Assembly: GCA_951406725.2 (NCBI GenBank)
Contig: OX597837.1
Coordinates: forward strand, 21,824,001-21,888,000
DNA length: 64,000 nt
From: Octopus vulgaris
Taxonomy: Eukaryota
Reading direction: 5' to 3'
The notes beneath the pieces were generated by a model that made no database searches, was not told the origin of the DNA, and saw nothing but the letters and a program-made list of their open reading frames with translations. Shown piece by piece: positions 50,509 through 62,854 of this stretch. Each line of letters starts with the position of its first letter. Positions within the stretch are counted from its first letter, which is position 1. A program made the translations under genes and the position numbers.

Positions 50509-51038
50509 AAAGGGAACTGGTTGCTTCTTTACACTTTTGGGGTGCAACTTGGGTGCAACACAATTTCCTTTCTTTTTGTTTCTAGAAACTACCAGTCAGG
50601 AACGAAACGCAAGTTTAAAAATATATACAATTCTTTATTCTCTTGGTTCAACAATGAAACACGATGGTATGTTGGTATCCACCTAGTTCAACACAGCAAG
50701 GCTGAATTCAAACGTTTGTAAGCTTTACAACAATTCAGCATTAATAGAACAGGTTAAATCCTAAGCGTCTGGGACAGGAGAATAGGCTGATCACAGGTTT
50801 CAAAATATACGTCCTTTCTCTTCTATCGCCGTGTCTCAAGTCCCCGATGCTATTTAGGAACGCTATAGAATTTATTCTTCAGTCTCTAGCGCATGTGCAT
50901 GAGGGAACTTCCTTATGCCTTTCCAGAAGGTTCCAGAAAGTTTCAACCCCACACACGCACACTGAAGAAGGACGTTCCGCACACACACACTGAAGAATGA
51001 CGTTGCGTGTGCGCACACTGGAATATGACGTCACTACA
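50509..51038 (-). mobile_element. Candidate solo LTR
   Basis: Minus strand starts TGTAGTGA, followed by ~28-bp repeats, HSE, TAAATAG (50850-50856) and AATAAA (50634-50639); flanked by aaggt direct repeats (50504, 51039); the other end lacks a clean CA. Confidence 0.5.
50920..50944. promoter_or_regulatory. Heat-shock element (4 alternating nGAAn units)
   Basis: tTTCcaGAAggTTCcaGAAag; CRE palindrome TGACGTCA nearby at 51026-51033. Confidence 0.55.
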
Positions 51039-51138
51039 AAGGTAATCCTGATAAGATGACAGATGCTATACAACTCTCGTTCAAAAGCAACTTGTATGTT
51101 GCTTAGTATGTGAATGAAAGGAATGACTATATTTAATG

Positions 51139-51267
51139 ATATTTGGCAGAAGCAACAGTGTGACTCAAGGGCCAAGAGTTTCATGTGTTGACAATTATCA
51201 AGCTTTTGGTAAGTGCCAAAGCATGAAACTCTCGGAACTTGAGTCACTCTGTTGCTTCTGCTAAATA
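51139..51267. repeat. Imperfect hairpin with ~46-bp arms (PLE-terminus-like)
   Basis: atatttggcagaagcaacagtgtgactcaag..gagtttcatg / catgaaactc..cttgagtcactctgttgcttctgctaaatat. Confidence 0.85.
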
Positions 51268-51327
51268 TTAATAAAAATAGACACTAACTCATATTCTGAG
51301 TTATAGTTTTCCTGTTTGTGTCACCAT

Positions 51328-51720
51328 AGGTGCAGGAGTGGCTGTGTGGTAAGTAGCTTGCTAACCAACCACATGGTTCCGGGTTCAGTCCCACTGCGTG
51401 GCATCTTGGGTGTCTTCTGCTATAGCCCCGGGCTGACCAATGCCTTGTGAGTGGATTTGGTAGATGGAAACTGAAAGAAGCCTGTCGTATATATGTATAT
51501 GTGTGTGTTTGTGTGTCTGTGTTTGTCCCCCTAGCATTGCTTGACAACCAATGCTGGTGTGTTTACGTCCCCGTCACTTAGCGGTTCGGCAAAAGAGACC
51601 GATAGAATAAGTACTGGGCTTACAAAGAATAAGTCCCGGGGTCGATTTGCTCGACTAAAAGGCGGTGCTCCAGCATGGCTGCAGTCAAATGACTGAAACA
51701 AGTAAAAGAGTAAAAGAGAG
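51328..51720 (+). mobile_element. SINE group A, full length, young
   Basis: Near-identical to 23568-23962. Confidence 0.93.
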
Positions 51721-52082
51721 AATACCTATATTTAGCAGAAGCACTATCGTTTACTTGCTACAGTCATTGTTTGGGTGAACAAATTGAACCTAATACTTGA
51801 CTTTTAAAGTCTGGTACTTATTGGTGTCTTTTGCCAAACTGTTAAGTTACTGGGATGTAAACAAACCAATACTGGTTGTCAAGCAGTTGCAAGGTTCAAA
51901 CTCAAAGACACACACAGAGTTAACATCTACAAAATTTACTCACAGAGTACTGGTTGATCTGGGGGGGGGGGGGGTGATGTAATCAACTTACCCCCTCTCC
52001 CAAACAAGCTGGTCTGGTGCCAAAGCTTGAAACCAATATTTTGTTATGAAAATATAATAATAGGGAAGTTTTAAATGGTAAA

Positions 52083-52314
52083 TGGCAGCGAGCTGGCAGA
52101 ATCGTTAGCACGCTGGGCGAAAAGCTTAGCGGTATTTCGTCTGCCGCTACGTTCTGAGTTCAAATTCCGCCGAGGTCGACTTTGCCTTTCATCCTTTCGG
52201 GGTCGATAAATTAAGTACCAGTTACGCACTGGGGTCGATGTAATTGACTTAATACCTATGTCTGTCCTTGTTTGTCCTCTCTGTGTTTAGCCCCTTGTGG
52301 GTAATAAAGAAATA
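52083..52314 (+). mobile_element. SINE group B (young), TSD ggtaaatggc
   Basis: Repeat at 52077-52086 and 52315-52324. Confidence 0.92.
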
Positions 52315-52689
52315 GGTAAATGGCCATGAGAGTCCATCCAAGAAAAATGGAAATCAAAGGGGTCCATAGGTGAAAAATGGTGGAGAACCACTAATCATTA
52401 CAAACACCATCAGCATCCCTCTAAATATCATCATCATTACCATCATCACTATTAGCACCACTGTAGCAAACATCATCACCATCAGCATGATAACTACAAG
52501 AAAAACAAAAACAAAACAACAACAAAAAGCAAAAAAAAAAAAAAGAACCAACAACCTTCGCCACCACCTAAGAAAGGGTCTGAAGCTGTTCAGGAATGTC
52601 TGTCTGTGTATCTGGGATTGGTCACATGACAGTGCTAGGTAACTGTGAAGCAGACATATGGTAATTGAATAACAGTTATGTCTAAAGTA

Positions 52690-53400
52690 ACTGATGGAGG
52701 TGGTGGAGGTGGTGGAGGTGGAGGTGGTGGTGGAAGTGGTGGTAATGGAGGTGGAGGTGGTGGTGGTGGAGGTGGTGGTAGTGGAAGTGGTGGTGGAGGT
52801 GGAGGTAGTGGTGATGATGGTGGTGGTGGTGATACTGGTGATAAGGGTGGCTTCAATGATGGAGGGAGAAGATGGTGATGAAATGAAATAGAAGAAGAGG
52901 TGAGGTTAGTCGCAGTGGTAGTGAGAGTGATGGTCATGGTGGCGGTGGTGACAGTGAGAGTGGGTGTAGCAACAAGAGTGACAGTGGTGGTGGTGGTGGC
53001 AGTGGTAAGCAACAAGAGTGGTGATGGTGAGAGTGGTGGTGGTGGAGGTGGCAGTGAGGGTGGTGATGGTGGTGTGGTGAGCATGGTAGGTGCTGGCAGT
53101 GGTGAGAGTGGTGGTAGTGGTAGCGAGAGTGGTTGAGACGGCAATGGTGGCAGCAAGGACTGTAAGAGTGGTAGCCGTAGTAACAGTAGTAGTAGTGAAG
53201 GTGGTGGTGAGCCAGTGTAGTGGTAGAGAGGATGGTGAGAACAACAGTAATGATGATGATGATGATGGTGACGATGAAGAGGAGGACAAGGATGAGGAGA
53301 ACAATGATGATGATGATGATGATGAAGATGATGAAGACAAAACTAATGCTGTTATGTGATAGACAGTGGTAGTGGTAACAGCAATACCATTGGTGAAAGA
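52690..53400. repeat. (GGT/GAT)n degenerate trinucleotide low-complexity tract
   Basis: Direct reading; produces poly-G/P/T/D ORFs in several frames. Confidence 0.9.
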
Positions 53401-54473
53401 CAAGCTTTACATGACTCTAGTCATAATAGGAGAATTTGTTGTTCATTTTATTCTATTTTTTTAAAAAACTTTTTTATTTAAGAGTATTTCTAGTAGTTTC
53501 TTTCCTTCACCCTTCCTCTCCAAATTGAGTTAAAAAGTACCAAACCTGATGACATGGAATCACTCGAATTTTATCTCCAAAGCTGGTCAAAAAAAAAAAA
53601 TTCTAAAAACAAAATAATACATAAAACTTGTCTTTGATAGAATGGCAATCTAACTGAAAGAAATACAGCTTGATATGTGTGTGTGAATGTGTGTGTATGC
53701 ATGTGTATGTAACAGAAAAAAATATAATAAAACAAGAAGAAAGAAGAAAATGAGGGGAAAGTTTTTAAAGAACACATTCCAATCTCTCTCCTGCTGTCAT
53801 AACTATTCCAATTTTTGAAACTGGCAACACCACTACCATCAACAACACCAGCACTATAAGATCTGTGAGATCTTAATTCAGTGTGAAGTTATTAAAGGGT
53901 ATCCCACAGACTGGTATAAAAGCTACAAGCCAAATCATTTACTCATTTTTATGTAACTCTTAATGTCTCCCTGCCTCTCTACTTCTCTGCCCATCTCACC
54001 TCATCCTTGTATATCTGTCTCTCTATCTCACACTCAAGCCTTGAGTCTCAGTCTCCGCACTTTTCACTCAATCCTTGTGTGTCAGTCAATTCATTAGTCT
54101 GTTCATCTCATAATCAATCCTTCTATCTCACAATGTATCCATCCGTTTATCTGTCAATCTTCATTTGCCTCTATCTGTCTTTCTTTCAAAAAGGATGCAA
54201 AATTATAGATTCCACAAATATGGTGAGCACAATCTACCCAAGTAAATCACTTTTTCCTACCTTAAGAAATTTAATGACCCTCAGAGCTATGCCAGTGGAA
54301 TACAAGCTCTTTGTAGAACCTCCAAAGTTTTTGAGTTATTACTTGTTCTTCCCAAGTTGTCATGTTGATATTAGTCTTATTTATAAGTCATTTGTAAGGT
54401 GGTGAGCTTATAGTGCTGAAAATGTGCAGAAAACAGCTTCCGTCACATGCCAGCAGGAAAAACTAGAAGTGAA

Positions 54474-55342
54474 ACATGGCAGTGAAACATGGGCCGTGAC
54501 TGCTGAGGACATGCGTAAGCTTGCGAGGAATGAAGCTAGTAGGCTCTGCTGAATGTGTAATGTCAGTGTGCATACATGACAGAGTGTAAGCATCCTGAGA
54601 GCAAAGTTGGACGTAAGAAGCATCAGATGTGGTGTGCAAGAGAGACGACTACACTGGTATGGTCATATGTTGAGTATGGATGAGGACAGCTGTGTGCAAA
54701 AGTGTCACACTCTAACAGGGAACCTGTGGAAGAGGTAGACCCAAGAAGGCCTGGGATGAGGTGGTGAAGCACGACCTTTGAATGGAAGCAATGACAAGTG
54801 ATCCAGACATTTGGAAATATGCTGTGCTTGAGAAGACCCGGCAAACCAAGTGAGACCGTAATCTCGTGGCCTATGCCAGTGTAGCATAACTGGCCCATTT
54901 AAGAGTACCCTTCAATCACTGGGCAATAAACTGTGCCTGTTGAATCAAGTGAAGTCATTATCATGGCTGATGACAGTACTGCCTGATTGGTTGAGCGTGG
55001 TCGATGCCATTGCTGCCTGACTCCCATGCTGGTGGCATGTAAAAAGCACCATTCAAGTGTGGTCGTTGACAGTGCCGCCTGACTGGTTCCTGTGCCAGTG
55101 GGATGTAAAATGCACCATTCAAGCATGGTTGATGCCAGTACTGCCTGATTGGCCCTCATGTTGGTGGCACTTAAAAAGCACCCACTACACTCTCGGAGTG
55201 GTTGGCGTTAGGAATGGCATCCAGCTGTAGAAACTTTGCCAGATCAGATTGGAGCCTGGTGCAGCCTTCAGGCTTGCCTGTCCTCAGTCAAACCGTCCAA
55301 CCCATGACAGCATGGAAAGTGGATGTTAAACGACGATGATGA
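54474..55342 (+). mobile_element. 5'-truncated RTE-clade LINE (ORF2 C-terminus with stops plus full 3' UTR)
   Basis: HGSETWAVTAEDMRKLARNE...RRLHWYGHM...GTCGRGRPKKAWDEVV; UTR has 3 repeat units and a (gat)n tail. Confidence 0.92.
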
Positions 55343-55908
55343 AACTGAAAAACGTCCATCATATATACGTGTGTGTGCATGTCTTTGTGTCTGTATTTGT
55401 CTCCCATCACTGCTTGACAACTGGTGTTGGTGTGTTTATGCCCCCGTGACTTAGTGGTTCAGCAAAAAAGTGATAGAATAAATACCAGGCTTTAAAAAAA
55501 CAAAATTGCTGTGTCGACCCAATCAACTAAAAAAAAAAGAAATTCAAGTCGTGCTCCAGCATGGCCACAGTCTACTGACTGAAACAAGTAAAAGACAAAC
55601 GATACAAAGATACTTGGAAATGAGGAATAACCACCACCAACAACAACAATGACAATGGCTAGCATGGGACAAAAGACTACGTTGGAACTAATAATGATTA
55701 TAACAATAACTGTTACCACTCGCTGTCATATTGCATTCCATGCACTCTATCATTGCATGTTGGGGCGGCGCTAATATAGTTCCTCATTTGCGCTGCACTT
55801 AGTTGTTTGGTTGACTGACTGCTCACCAGCCAGAGCTGACCTGGGGCTACAGAGACAACAACTTCGAATTGACAAATAATTATAACATCTGCTAGTGAAA
55901 CACAGTTC

Positions 55909-55945
<37 letters not shown>

Positions 55946-55957
55946 CATATCTATACA

Positions 55958-56001
<44 letters not shown>

Positions 56002-56428
56002 ACAACCACTCCTTGCTGTTATAGTTGTTTTGAGAATCCTGTTTCCAATTCTAAATAAACATTACCCTCTCCCTCTACATCATCTGATTCTATTTAGAGT
56101 AGGGAAACCTCCCCACCACCACCACCACCACCACCACCACCACCACCACCACCACCACCACCACTGCCACCACCACCACCATGCCACTGCCACCACCACC
56201 ACCCATCAAAAAAGAAAACAAGGAAAAAAAAATTTCATTTTTAAATAGGAATAGAAGAAAGTGTATTAATGAGACGCATAAACAACATTCAACATTCACA
56301 CAAACACATCCCCACATTCTTACACACACACAAACCTCTACACCACTCCTACAAATACAACCAGATTCAGACAGGACAGTTATGATGGAAAAGAAAATTT
56401 TCCAAATAGCTCACTTCATCATATAAAT

Positions 56429-56697
56429 CGGTTGTTCTCAACAGGGGTCCAAATGGCTCTTAAAGGTCCATAGAAGATTTTATTGTTACAATTTATGTGT
56501 AATAAATCACTTAAATTCCTTCTACATTACACAAAATATTTTAACAATTTTTTAAAATACAATTCTTAATAATATTTAATTATAAAAAATATAGTAAGGT
56601 CGTTTTTTTATATATCCTTTGAATGGCTATGGAAATCCAGCAGAGTAAAATAGGAATCAAAGAGGTTCCATAGGTAAAAAATGGTTGAGAATAACTG
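56429..56697. mobile_element. hAT (Charlie-like) MITE
   Basis: cggttgttctcaac ... ggttgagaataactg; family of 29917 and 43371. Confidence 0.75.
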
Positions 56698-56715
56698 ATT
56701 ATATATATATATATA

Positions 56716-57049
56716 TGCTGAGACCTCCTTCGGTCACAACACAGACCATGGGATTGCACCTAGAAAGTTACCCTTTCAGGCACAAGTCTGGGTAAGGTTG
56801 TTTATGGAAGACCAGCAGTTGCCCATGCATACCGGCCTCCCCTCTCCACGCCACCAGTGTTATCCAAGGGAAAGGCAAAGGCCGATACAGCTGTGACGTC
56901 GCAACTCATTTCTACAGCTGAGTGAAGTGGAGCAACGTGAAATAAAGTGTCTTGCTCAAGAACACAACACGCAGCCTGGTCTGGGATTCGAGCTCACAAC
57001 CTCACAATCGTAAGCTCGACGCTCTAACCACTGAGCCATGCGCCTTCAC
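56716..57049 (-). mobile_element. SINE group C (tail 1), young
   Basis: Minus strand tgtgaaggcgcatggctcagtggttagagcgtcgagcttacg; within (TA)n. Confidence 0.92.
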
Positions 57050-57329
57050 AATATATATATATATATATACACACACATACATATATATAAGGGCTGGTGA
57101 AACAGTGGACAAATGGTTAGGGTACTAAACTAATAGTGACCAAAAAGTTGTGGGTTTGAAACCTCTGTACAAGCATATATTGCATTGTGGACAGAGGATG
57201 GATAAGAATTGACAAATCCACTTGTTCTGGTCCTCTAACAGGTTGCTGGGGCAAGTGAAAGGATAATTTGTTTTCTTGATTATTGACAAGAAATGTGTGA
57301 AAATATTTGAATATGTTGATAAATACATG

Positions 57330-57965
57330 GTTTGAGTTAGAAATGGATGGGACGTGGGTTGATATGAGAAGTGAATAAGAGATGTGTGAACACACAGTGA
57401 GACAGGATTTGAATGAGAAATGGACAGACACAGGGAGACAAGGTTTGAGTGAAGGATGAATACACAGGAAAGGTTTGAGTGAGAAATGGATGGACACATG
57501 GACAAAGCTTGAGTGAGAGATGAATGAACACAGTGGGATGAGGTTTGAGTGAAAGATGAATAGATACACAAAGTTTGGGTGAGAAATGGATAGACACTTA
57601 GTCAAGGTTTGAGTGAGAGATGTACAGATGCAGAGACAAGGTTTGAGTGGGATGTGAATGGACACACACACAAGATGTGAGGGAGATGGACAGACACACA
57701 GACACGGTTTGAGTGAGAGACAATTGAACATACAGACAAGGTTTGAGTGAGAGTTGGACAAATGCATGGACACAGTTTGAGTGAGAAATGGATGGAAATA
57801 CAGATATGGTTTGAGTGAGAGATGGATGGACACTCAGAGAGGGTTTGGGTGGGAGATCAGTGGGCACACAGACAAAGTTTGAGTGAGAGATGAATGGACA
57901 CAGTGAAGCAAGGTTTGACTGAAAGATGAACAGATACACAAACATAAAGGAGTGGGAGATGGACA
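57330..57965. repeat. Degenerate ~35-45-bp minisatellite (ggtttgagtgagagatgg...acacagacaa)
   Basis: tttgagtga-like anchor recurs about 15 times. Confidence 0.9.
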
Positions 57966-58679
57966 ACTGATAGTGGAATACTGAAATGTTGTTGGAGGCA
58001 TCTTCATTAAATCCTTGTCTTCTTCCAAACCCCTTCCACCTCTAAGATGACTGCAAGGAGGGTGGAGCTTTTCATCAGTTTTATCATAAGTCCACTTGGC
58101 TACCCACATTACTCCACACTCCATTAGTGTCAGTTGAATACCCCCACTTTACACCCTATGATACCATAAGTCAACCACCTCTACAAGAGTGAACATTATT
58201 CAACTGTCTTAGTTTTAAAGGAATGGCAAGAAAAATATTTAATAGGAAAAAAACAAACAAACCAAAAACAAAAAGAGAAAAACACCAAAAACAGAACAAG
58301 TTTCAGGTGGATGGGGGTAGATATGGGGGTATAGATGCTTTTGGAATACTCAGAATTCCAAGAAGACAGAGACTACCATTTATCAGGGTACCTACTGCCC
58401 TGACAGGCATCAGTGATAATGGTAGACAAATGCCTTCTGTACATCTCTTCACAAAGGACACATTATTTTTTTGTACATGTGTATGTGAATGTATGTATGC
58501 ATGTATGTATGTGTGCATGTGAAGTATACAAGAATATTTGTGCGTGTGTCTGTGTATAAGGATAGAGCAGTGTGTGTATGTTTGTACATAATCTGTGTAA
58601 ATGTAGGTATATATGCACATGTATTAATATGTGGATATGCATGTGCACATTTGTCAGAGTGCATGTATGTGCTTGTATG

Positions 58680-59250
58680 AAGGGCTGGTACTAGGGAGGG
58701 CAGGGCCCAATTAGAGAATTGTCAGTAGGGCCCTCTATTCTACAAGAACTGAAGATTGATGTTTTATACTTCGTGTTGTACACCAATCCCAGCCAAAAAG
58801 CATTGAGGGCTTGAGGGACAACCATTAGCCAGAATGATATTCTAAAAATCGTAAGCTCATATGAAAGCTTTAATGTTTTATTACAAGTCAAGATAATTAC
58901 TGATATGGGCCTTCGAAAAACAGACTTGATTGGTTTTTTCATCTGAGAAGTCTTTCACAAAAATTTCAAAGTCAATGGTTTTTGTAATGTCATTTTCTAA
59001 AGGTAGCATTATCAAATTATTTTCTCTCTTGCAAAATTGTTGACTGTAGGTATGTTTTAATATGTTTTAACGTCTTTCATCTGATGTGACTGTTATGGGT
59101 ATTGTTGAGTAAATCCTCAAAGCAAAAAACAAACAAAAGGAAATGTTTAATTAATCATAGTGTCCTCTGGTTGAGTGTGTACTCAGGGCCCTCTCCGAGT
59201 ATAGGACCCAATTTGAAGAAATCTATTTAATTGGCTTAAAACCAGCCCAG
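58680..59250. mobile_element. Non-autonomous hAT element with perfect 8-bp TSD
   Basis: cttgtatg|aagggctggt ... accagcccag|cttgtatg. Confidence 0.85.
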
Positions 59251-59667
59251 CTTGTATGACGTGTATATGTATGACATCATAGAAATAAAAGTGAAAGTAG
59301 AAACATGTTATATATTAACACTGGCAGACAAAACACTGAGGGCACATCAATTTGCTAAGAGGGGACAACCAGTTATATCAATTTATCAATACTGATACTT
59401 GATTTGTTCTTACTTTGTGGATCCTAAAACAATAAAAACCCAAGTTAACCACAGCCAGATTTGAACATAAAACACAATGAGATTAACGATGTAAAGCAAG
59501 AAATGTTCCCTTTAAACTCTCTCTCAAACACATCAAAAACCAAGAATTTTATGCTTTGATTCACAGTTATTGCATTGTAGTCAAACTTTAACACAGTTTA
59601 TCTAATCTACTTTTTTGATAAAATGTGCTTTTGTATTGAGTACTTTATTAAAATTAATAATCATTTC

Positions 59668-59873
59668 AACTATAGGTACAAGGTCTGAAATTTTGGCTGA
59701 GGGGGCTTTTGATTTTGTTGACCTTGGTACTTGACTAGTACTTATTTTATTGATCCTGAAAGAATGAAAGGTAAAGTCAATCTTGGTAGAATTTGAATTC
59801 AGTACATAAAGATAGACAAAATTCCACTACACCTTTTGTCTAGGTGCTAATGATTCTGTTAGCTTGCCACCTT
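59668..59873 (-). mobile_element. SINE group B (old subtype)
   Basis: gaaagaatgaaaggtaaagtcaatc...gcttgccacctt. Confidence 0.75.
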
Positions 59874-60449
59874 AATTATCAAAATTAGCAATTAAAAAAA
59901 GGCTTCACCAAGAAACCTATTCAGTTCCCAGATAGAATGTTGTGTTTTTGAGCAAAACACTTCACATTGCTCTGCGATCATTACAATATCTGACATGTGG
60001 TGCACTCATGCACCTGTACAGGTAATGTCGATTTGATTAAGAGAGTGAGTTAATATACAACACATACATTTGAACACTATAAAAAACCATTTGTGCAGGT
60101 TGTTCACCGAAAACTGAACACTGTCTTTGATGGAAGATTCCATCAGTTAGATTTGAAACAATGCATTATGCTGAAAATTTACACAGCTGATGAGAGAAAG
60201 CAATTTCTTTCATAAATATAATACAAAATGTTCAGCTTCAACTGGATTTGAACCTACAGCCAATGATTTTACCTTGAATAATGAATAATTGCTTCTACCA
60301 GCGAATGAGTCTATGAAATGGAATAAGCTAGCAGAAGGAAAATTATGTAACACGTGACTGATACAAAGAAACTAAATCTTCAAAATCTTCCATAGTTAAT
60401 AACACCAGCAGACAGTGTGAGCAAGTCTGATACAGATATGAAGATGTAC

Positions 60450-60582
60450 GTATATATATATATATATCTATATATCTATATATATATCTATATATAGATA
60501 TATATATATCTATATATCTATATATATATTTATATATATATCTATATATCTATATATCTATATATATATCTATATATCTATA

Positions 60583-60630
<48 letters not shown>
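60450..60630. repeat. Compound (TA)n/(TATATC)n/(TC)n microsatellite
   Basis: Direct reading. Confidence 0.95.
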
Positions 60631-60632
<2 letters not shown>

Positions 60633-61160
60633 AAACACATAGACAATATATAAATATTTACATAAACAGACAAATATGATTGTGCATACAAGTATTTTCA
60701 CATATATGCAAATGCATATTACACATAGAAAAATCATACATGTACAAGCACCCACACATACACAAAAAACAAACCATCAAAAGTACATAAACTTCTGTTC
60801 CAGACATGCCGTTAATAAGCTGAAAGACATTGATAGCTTTAGATATAACATACTGATACAACATAAAAATATAGCATGCTGATAGAAGAGAGGCATATAA
60901 AATGCCAATACAACAGATATGGCTGATATCTAGCTTTTATCTTTTACTTGCTTCAGTCATTGGGCTGTGGACATGGTGGAGAACTGCTTTGGAGAGTCTA
61001 AGACAAATAGGGCAATCCCCAATATTTATTTTTTAAGCCTGGTATTTATTTTATCAGTCTCTTTGGTTGAACTGCTCAGGTATGGAGATGTAAAACAAAC
61101 CAAAACAAGTTATCATCATGCAGTGATGAGGGACAAACACAAAGATACACACTATATATA

Positions 61161-61204
<44 letters not shown>

Positions 61205-61205
<1 letters not shown>

Positions 61206-61520
61206 GCAGCTTTATGTTGGGGCGAAGTCATTTGACCCTATTATCTCCCCTATTTTCGCTCTTGCGTCTCACGTTTGATCTCTGGCTTCTGGCCAGAATC
61301 AGTTTGCCATGTTGAATCGTTAGCTTCTGCACGAATTTTTTTTCTTTTTCTCTCCTTGTTTCTCTCCGTGTTTCTTTTCTGTGTATCTTTCTGTTGAAGA
61401 GCGTAGGCTCGAAACGTAAAAGACTTGTTTTATTTATATTCCTGAGCACCATACTAATACAATTGTTTGTTTGTACTCCACCTACCTTCGTTTTTTGTTT
61501 ATTTTCATAAAGCTTCCTGT
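61205..61520 (+). mobile_element. Solo PLE terminal repeat between (TA)n tracts
   Basis: Homologous to the minus-strand 1842-2030 terminus; CpGs retained. Confidence 0.85.
61386..61423 (+). ncRNA. Best-preserved minimal hammerhead-like motif (U6 variant)
   Basis: UCUUU-CUGUUGA-A-GAGC GUAG GCUC-GAAA-CG-UA-AAAGA: 5-bp stem I, 4-bp stem II, palindromic ACGU stem III, GUA triplet. Confidence 0.6.
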
Positions 61521-61541
61521 TATATATATATATATATATAT

Positions 61542-61942
61542 AGGTGCAGGAGTGGCTGAGTGGTAAGTAGCTTGTTTACCAACCACATGGTTCTGGGTTC
61601 AGTCCCACTGCGTGGCACCTTAGGCAAGTGTCTTCTACTATAGCCTTGGGCTGACCAAAGCCTTGTGAGTGGATTTGGTAGATGGAAACTGAAAGAAGCC
61701 CATCGTATATATGTATATATATGTACGTGTGTGTGTATGTTTGTGTTTGTCCCCCTAGCATTGCTTGACAATCGATGCTGGTGTGTTTATGTCCCCATCA
61801 CTTAGCGGTTTGGCAAAAGAGACCGATAGAATAAGTACTGGGCTTACAGAGAATAAGTGCTGGGGTCGAGTTGCTCGATTAAGGGTGGTGCTCCAGCATG
61901 GCCGCAGTCAAAATGACTGAAACAAGTAAAAAGAGAAAGAGA
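61542..61942 (+). mobile_element. SINE group A, full length
   Basis: Matches the 23568 and 51328 copies. Confidence 0.92.
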
Positions 61943-61964
61943 GATATATAAATATATATATATC

Positions 61965-62019
<55 letters not shown>

Positions 62020-62171
62020 TTACACACTCACTCACAGAGGATAGACTTCCGCACAGTGTCTGCTTACCATATTCACTCACAAGGACTGTTCATCCCAAGG
62101 TTATAGCAGAGGACACTTGCCCAAAGTTTTGCACAGTGGGACTGAAACCAAAGCCACAAAGCATACATATA

Positions 62172-62361
62172 TATAAATAAAAATTAGGGTACCAAAATAC
62201 CAGCTTGCTAGAAATAGGAGTCAACACTCCAAATCCACAAAGTTTCTTATATTCGTTACATTCACCATGCATGTTTTTTAATAGTGAGAAATTTGTGGAT
62301 TTGGAGTATTGACTCTTAATCTTAACAATCTGGTATTTCGGTACCCAAATTTAATTGTATA
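62172..62361. repeat. Imperfect inverted repeat with ~75-bp arms
   Basis: gggtaccaaaataccag..gagtcaacactccaaatccacaaagtttct / agaaatttgtggatttggagtattgactc..ctggtatttcggtaccc. Confidence 0.85.
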
Positions 62362-62434
62362 TTTTTGCCTATTTAGGTTAAACTTGCTGGCCACTTTATT
62401 ATATACACACACACACACACACACATATATATAT

Positions 62435-62741
62435 CACCCTCACCGTGACCAACCAGGCTATCAGATGTTGCTACACATCGCTGGTCACAATGCGCTTCGC
62501 ATTGTTTTAGCCTTCAAAGGACGCCACCCCGCTGGCTAAGCGAGCAGGCCAACAGAAGAAAGAGTGAGAGAAAGTTGTGGCAAAAGAGTACAGCAGGGAT
62601 CGCCACCACCCCTTGCCAGAGTCTCGAGGAGCTTTAGGTGTTTTTGTTCAATAAACACTCACAACGCCCGGTCTGGGAATCGAAACCGCAATCCTATGAC
62701 CGCGAGTCCGCTGCCATAACCACTGGGCCATTGCGCCTCCA
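62435..62741 (-). mobile_element. SINE group D, full length
   Basis: Matches 27828-28115. Confidence 0.92.
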
Positions 62742-62744
62742 CAC

Positions 62745-62792
<48 letters not shown>

Positions 62793-62854
62793 GGTCCCGG
62801 GTTGAGTCGGGGTTAACCACAGTAAATAAGGTACTCAATACATAGCAGAGTAAA

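Noticed and set aside
52635-53403. Poly-Pro/Gly/Thr/Asp ORFs as a structural or formin-like protein
   Set aside because: Degenerate (GGT/GAT)n tract open in several frames on both strands, with similar tracts at 19570, 49190, 56110 and 63880.
55760-55800. GC-rich hairpin gcggcgc/gcgctgc as a pre-miRNA
   Set aside because: Only a 7-bp stem; too short for a Drosha/Dicer substrate.
56975-57049. tRNA genes at SINE heads (also 23568, 62670, 32880, 60230)
   Set aside because: A/B boxes are present but run straight into multi-copy SINE bodies; no full cloverleaf with acceptor stem and terminator.
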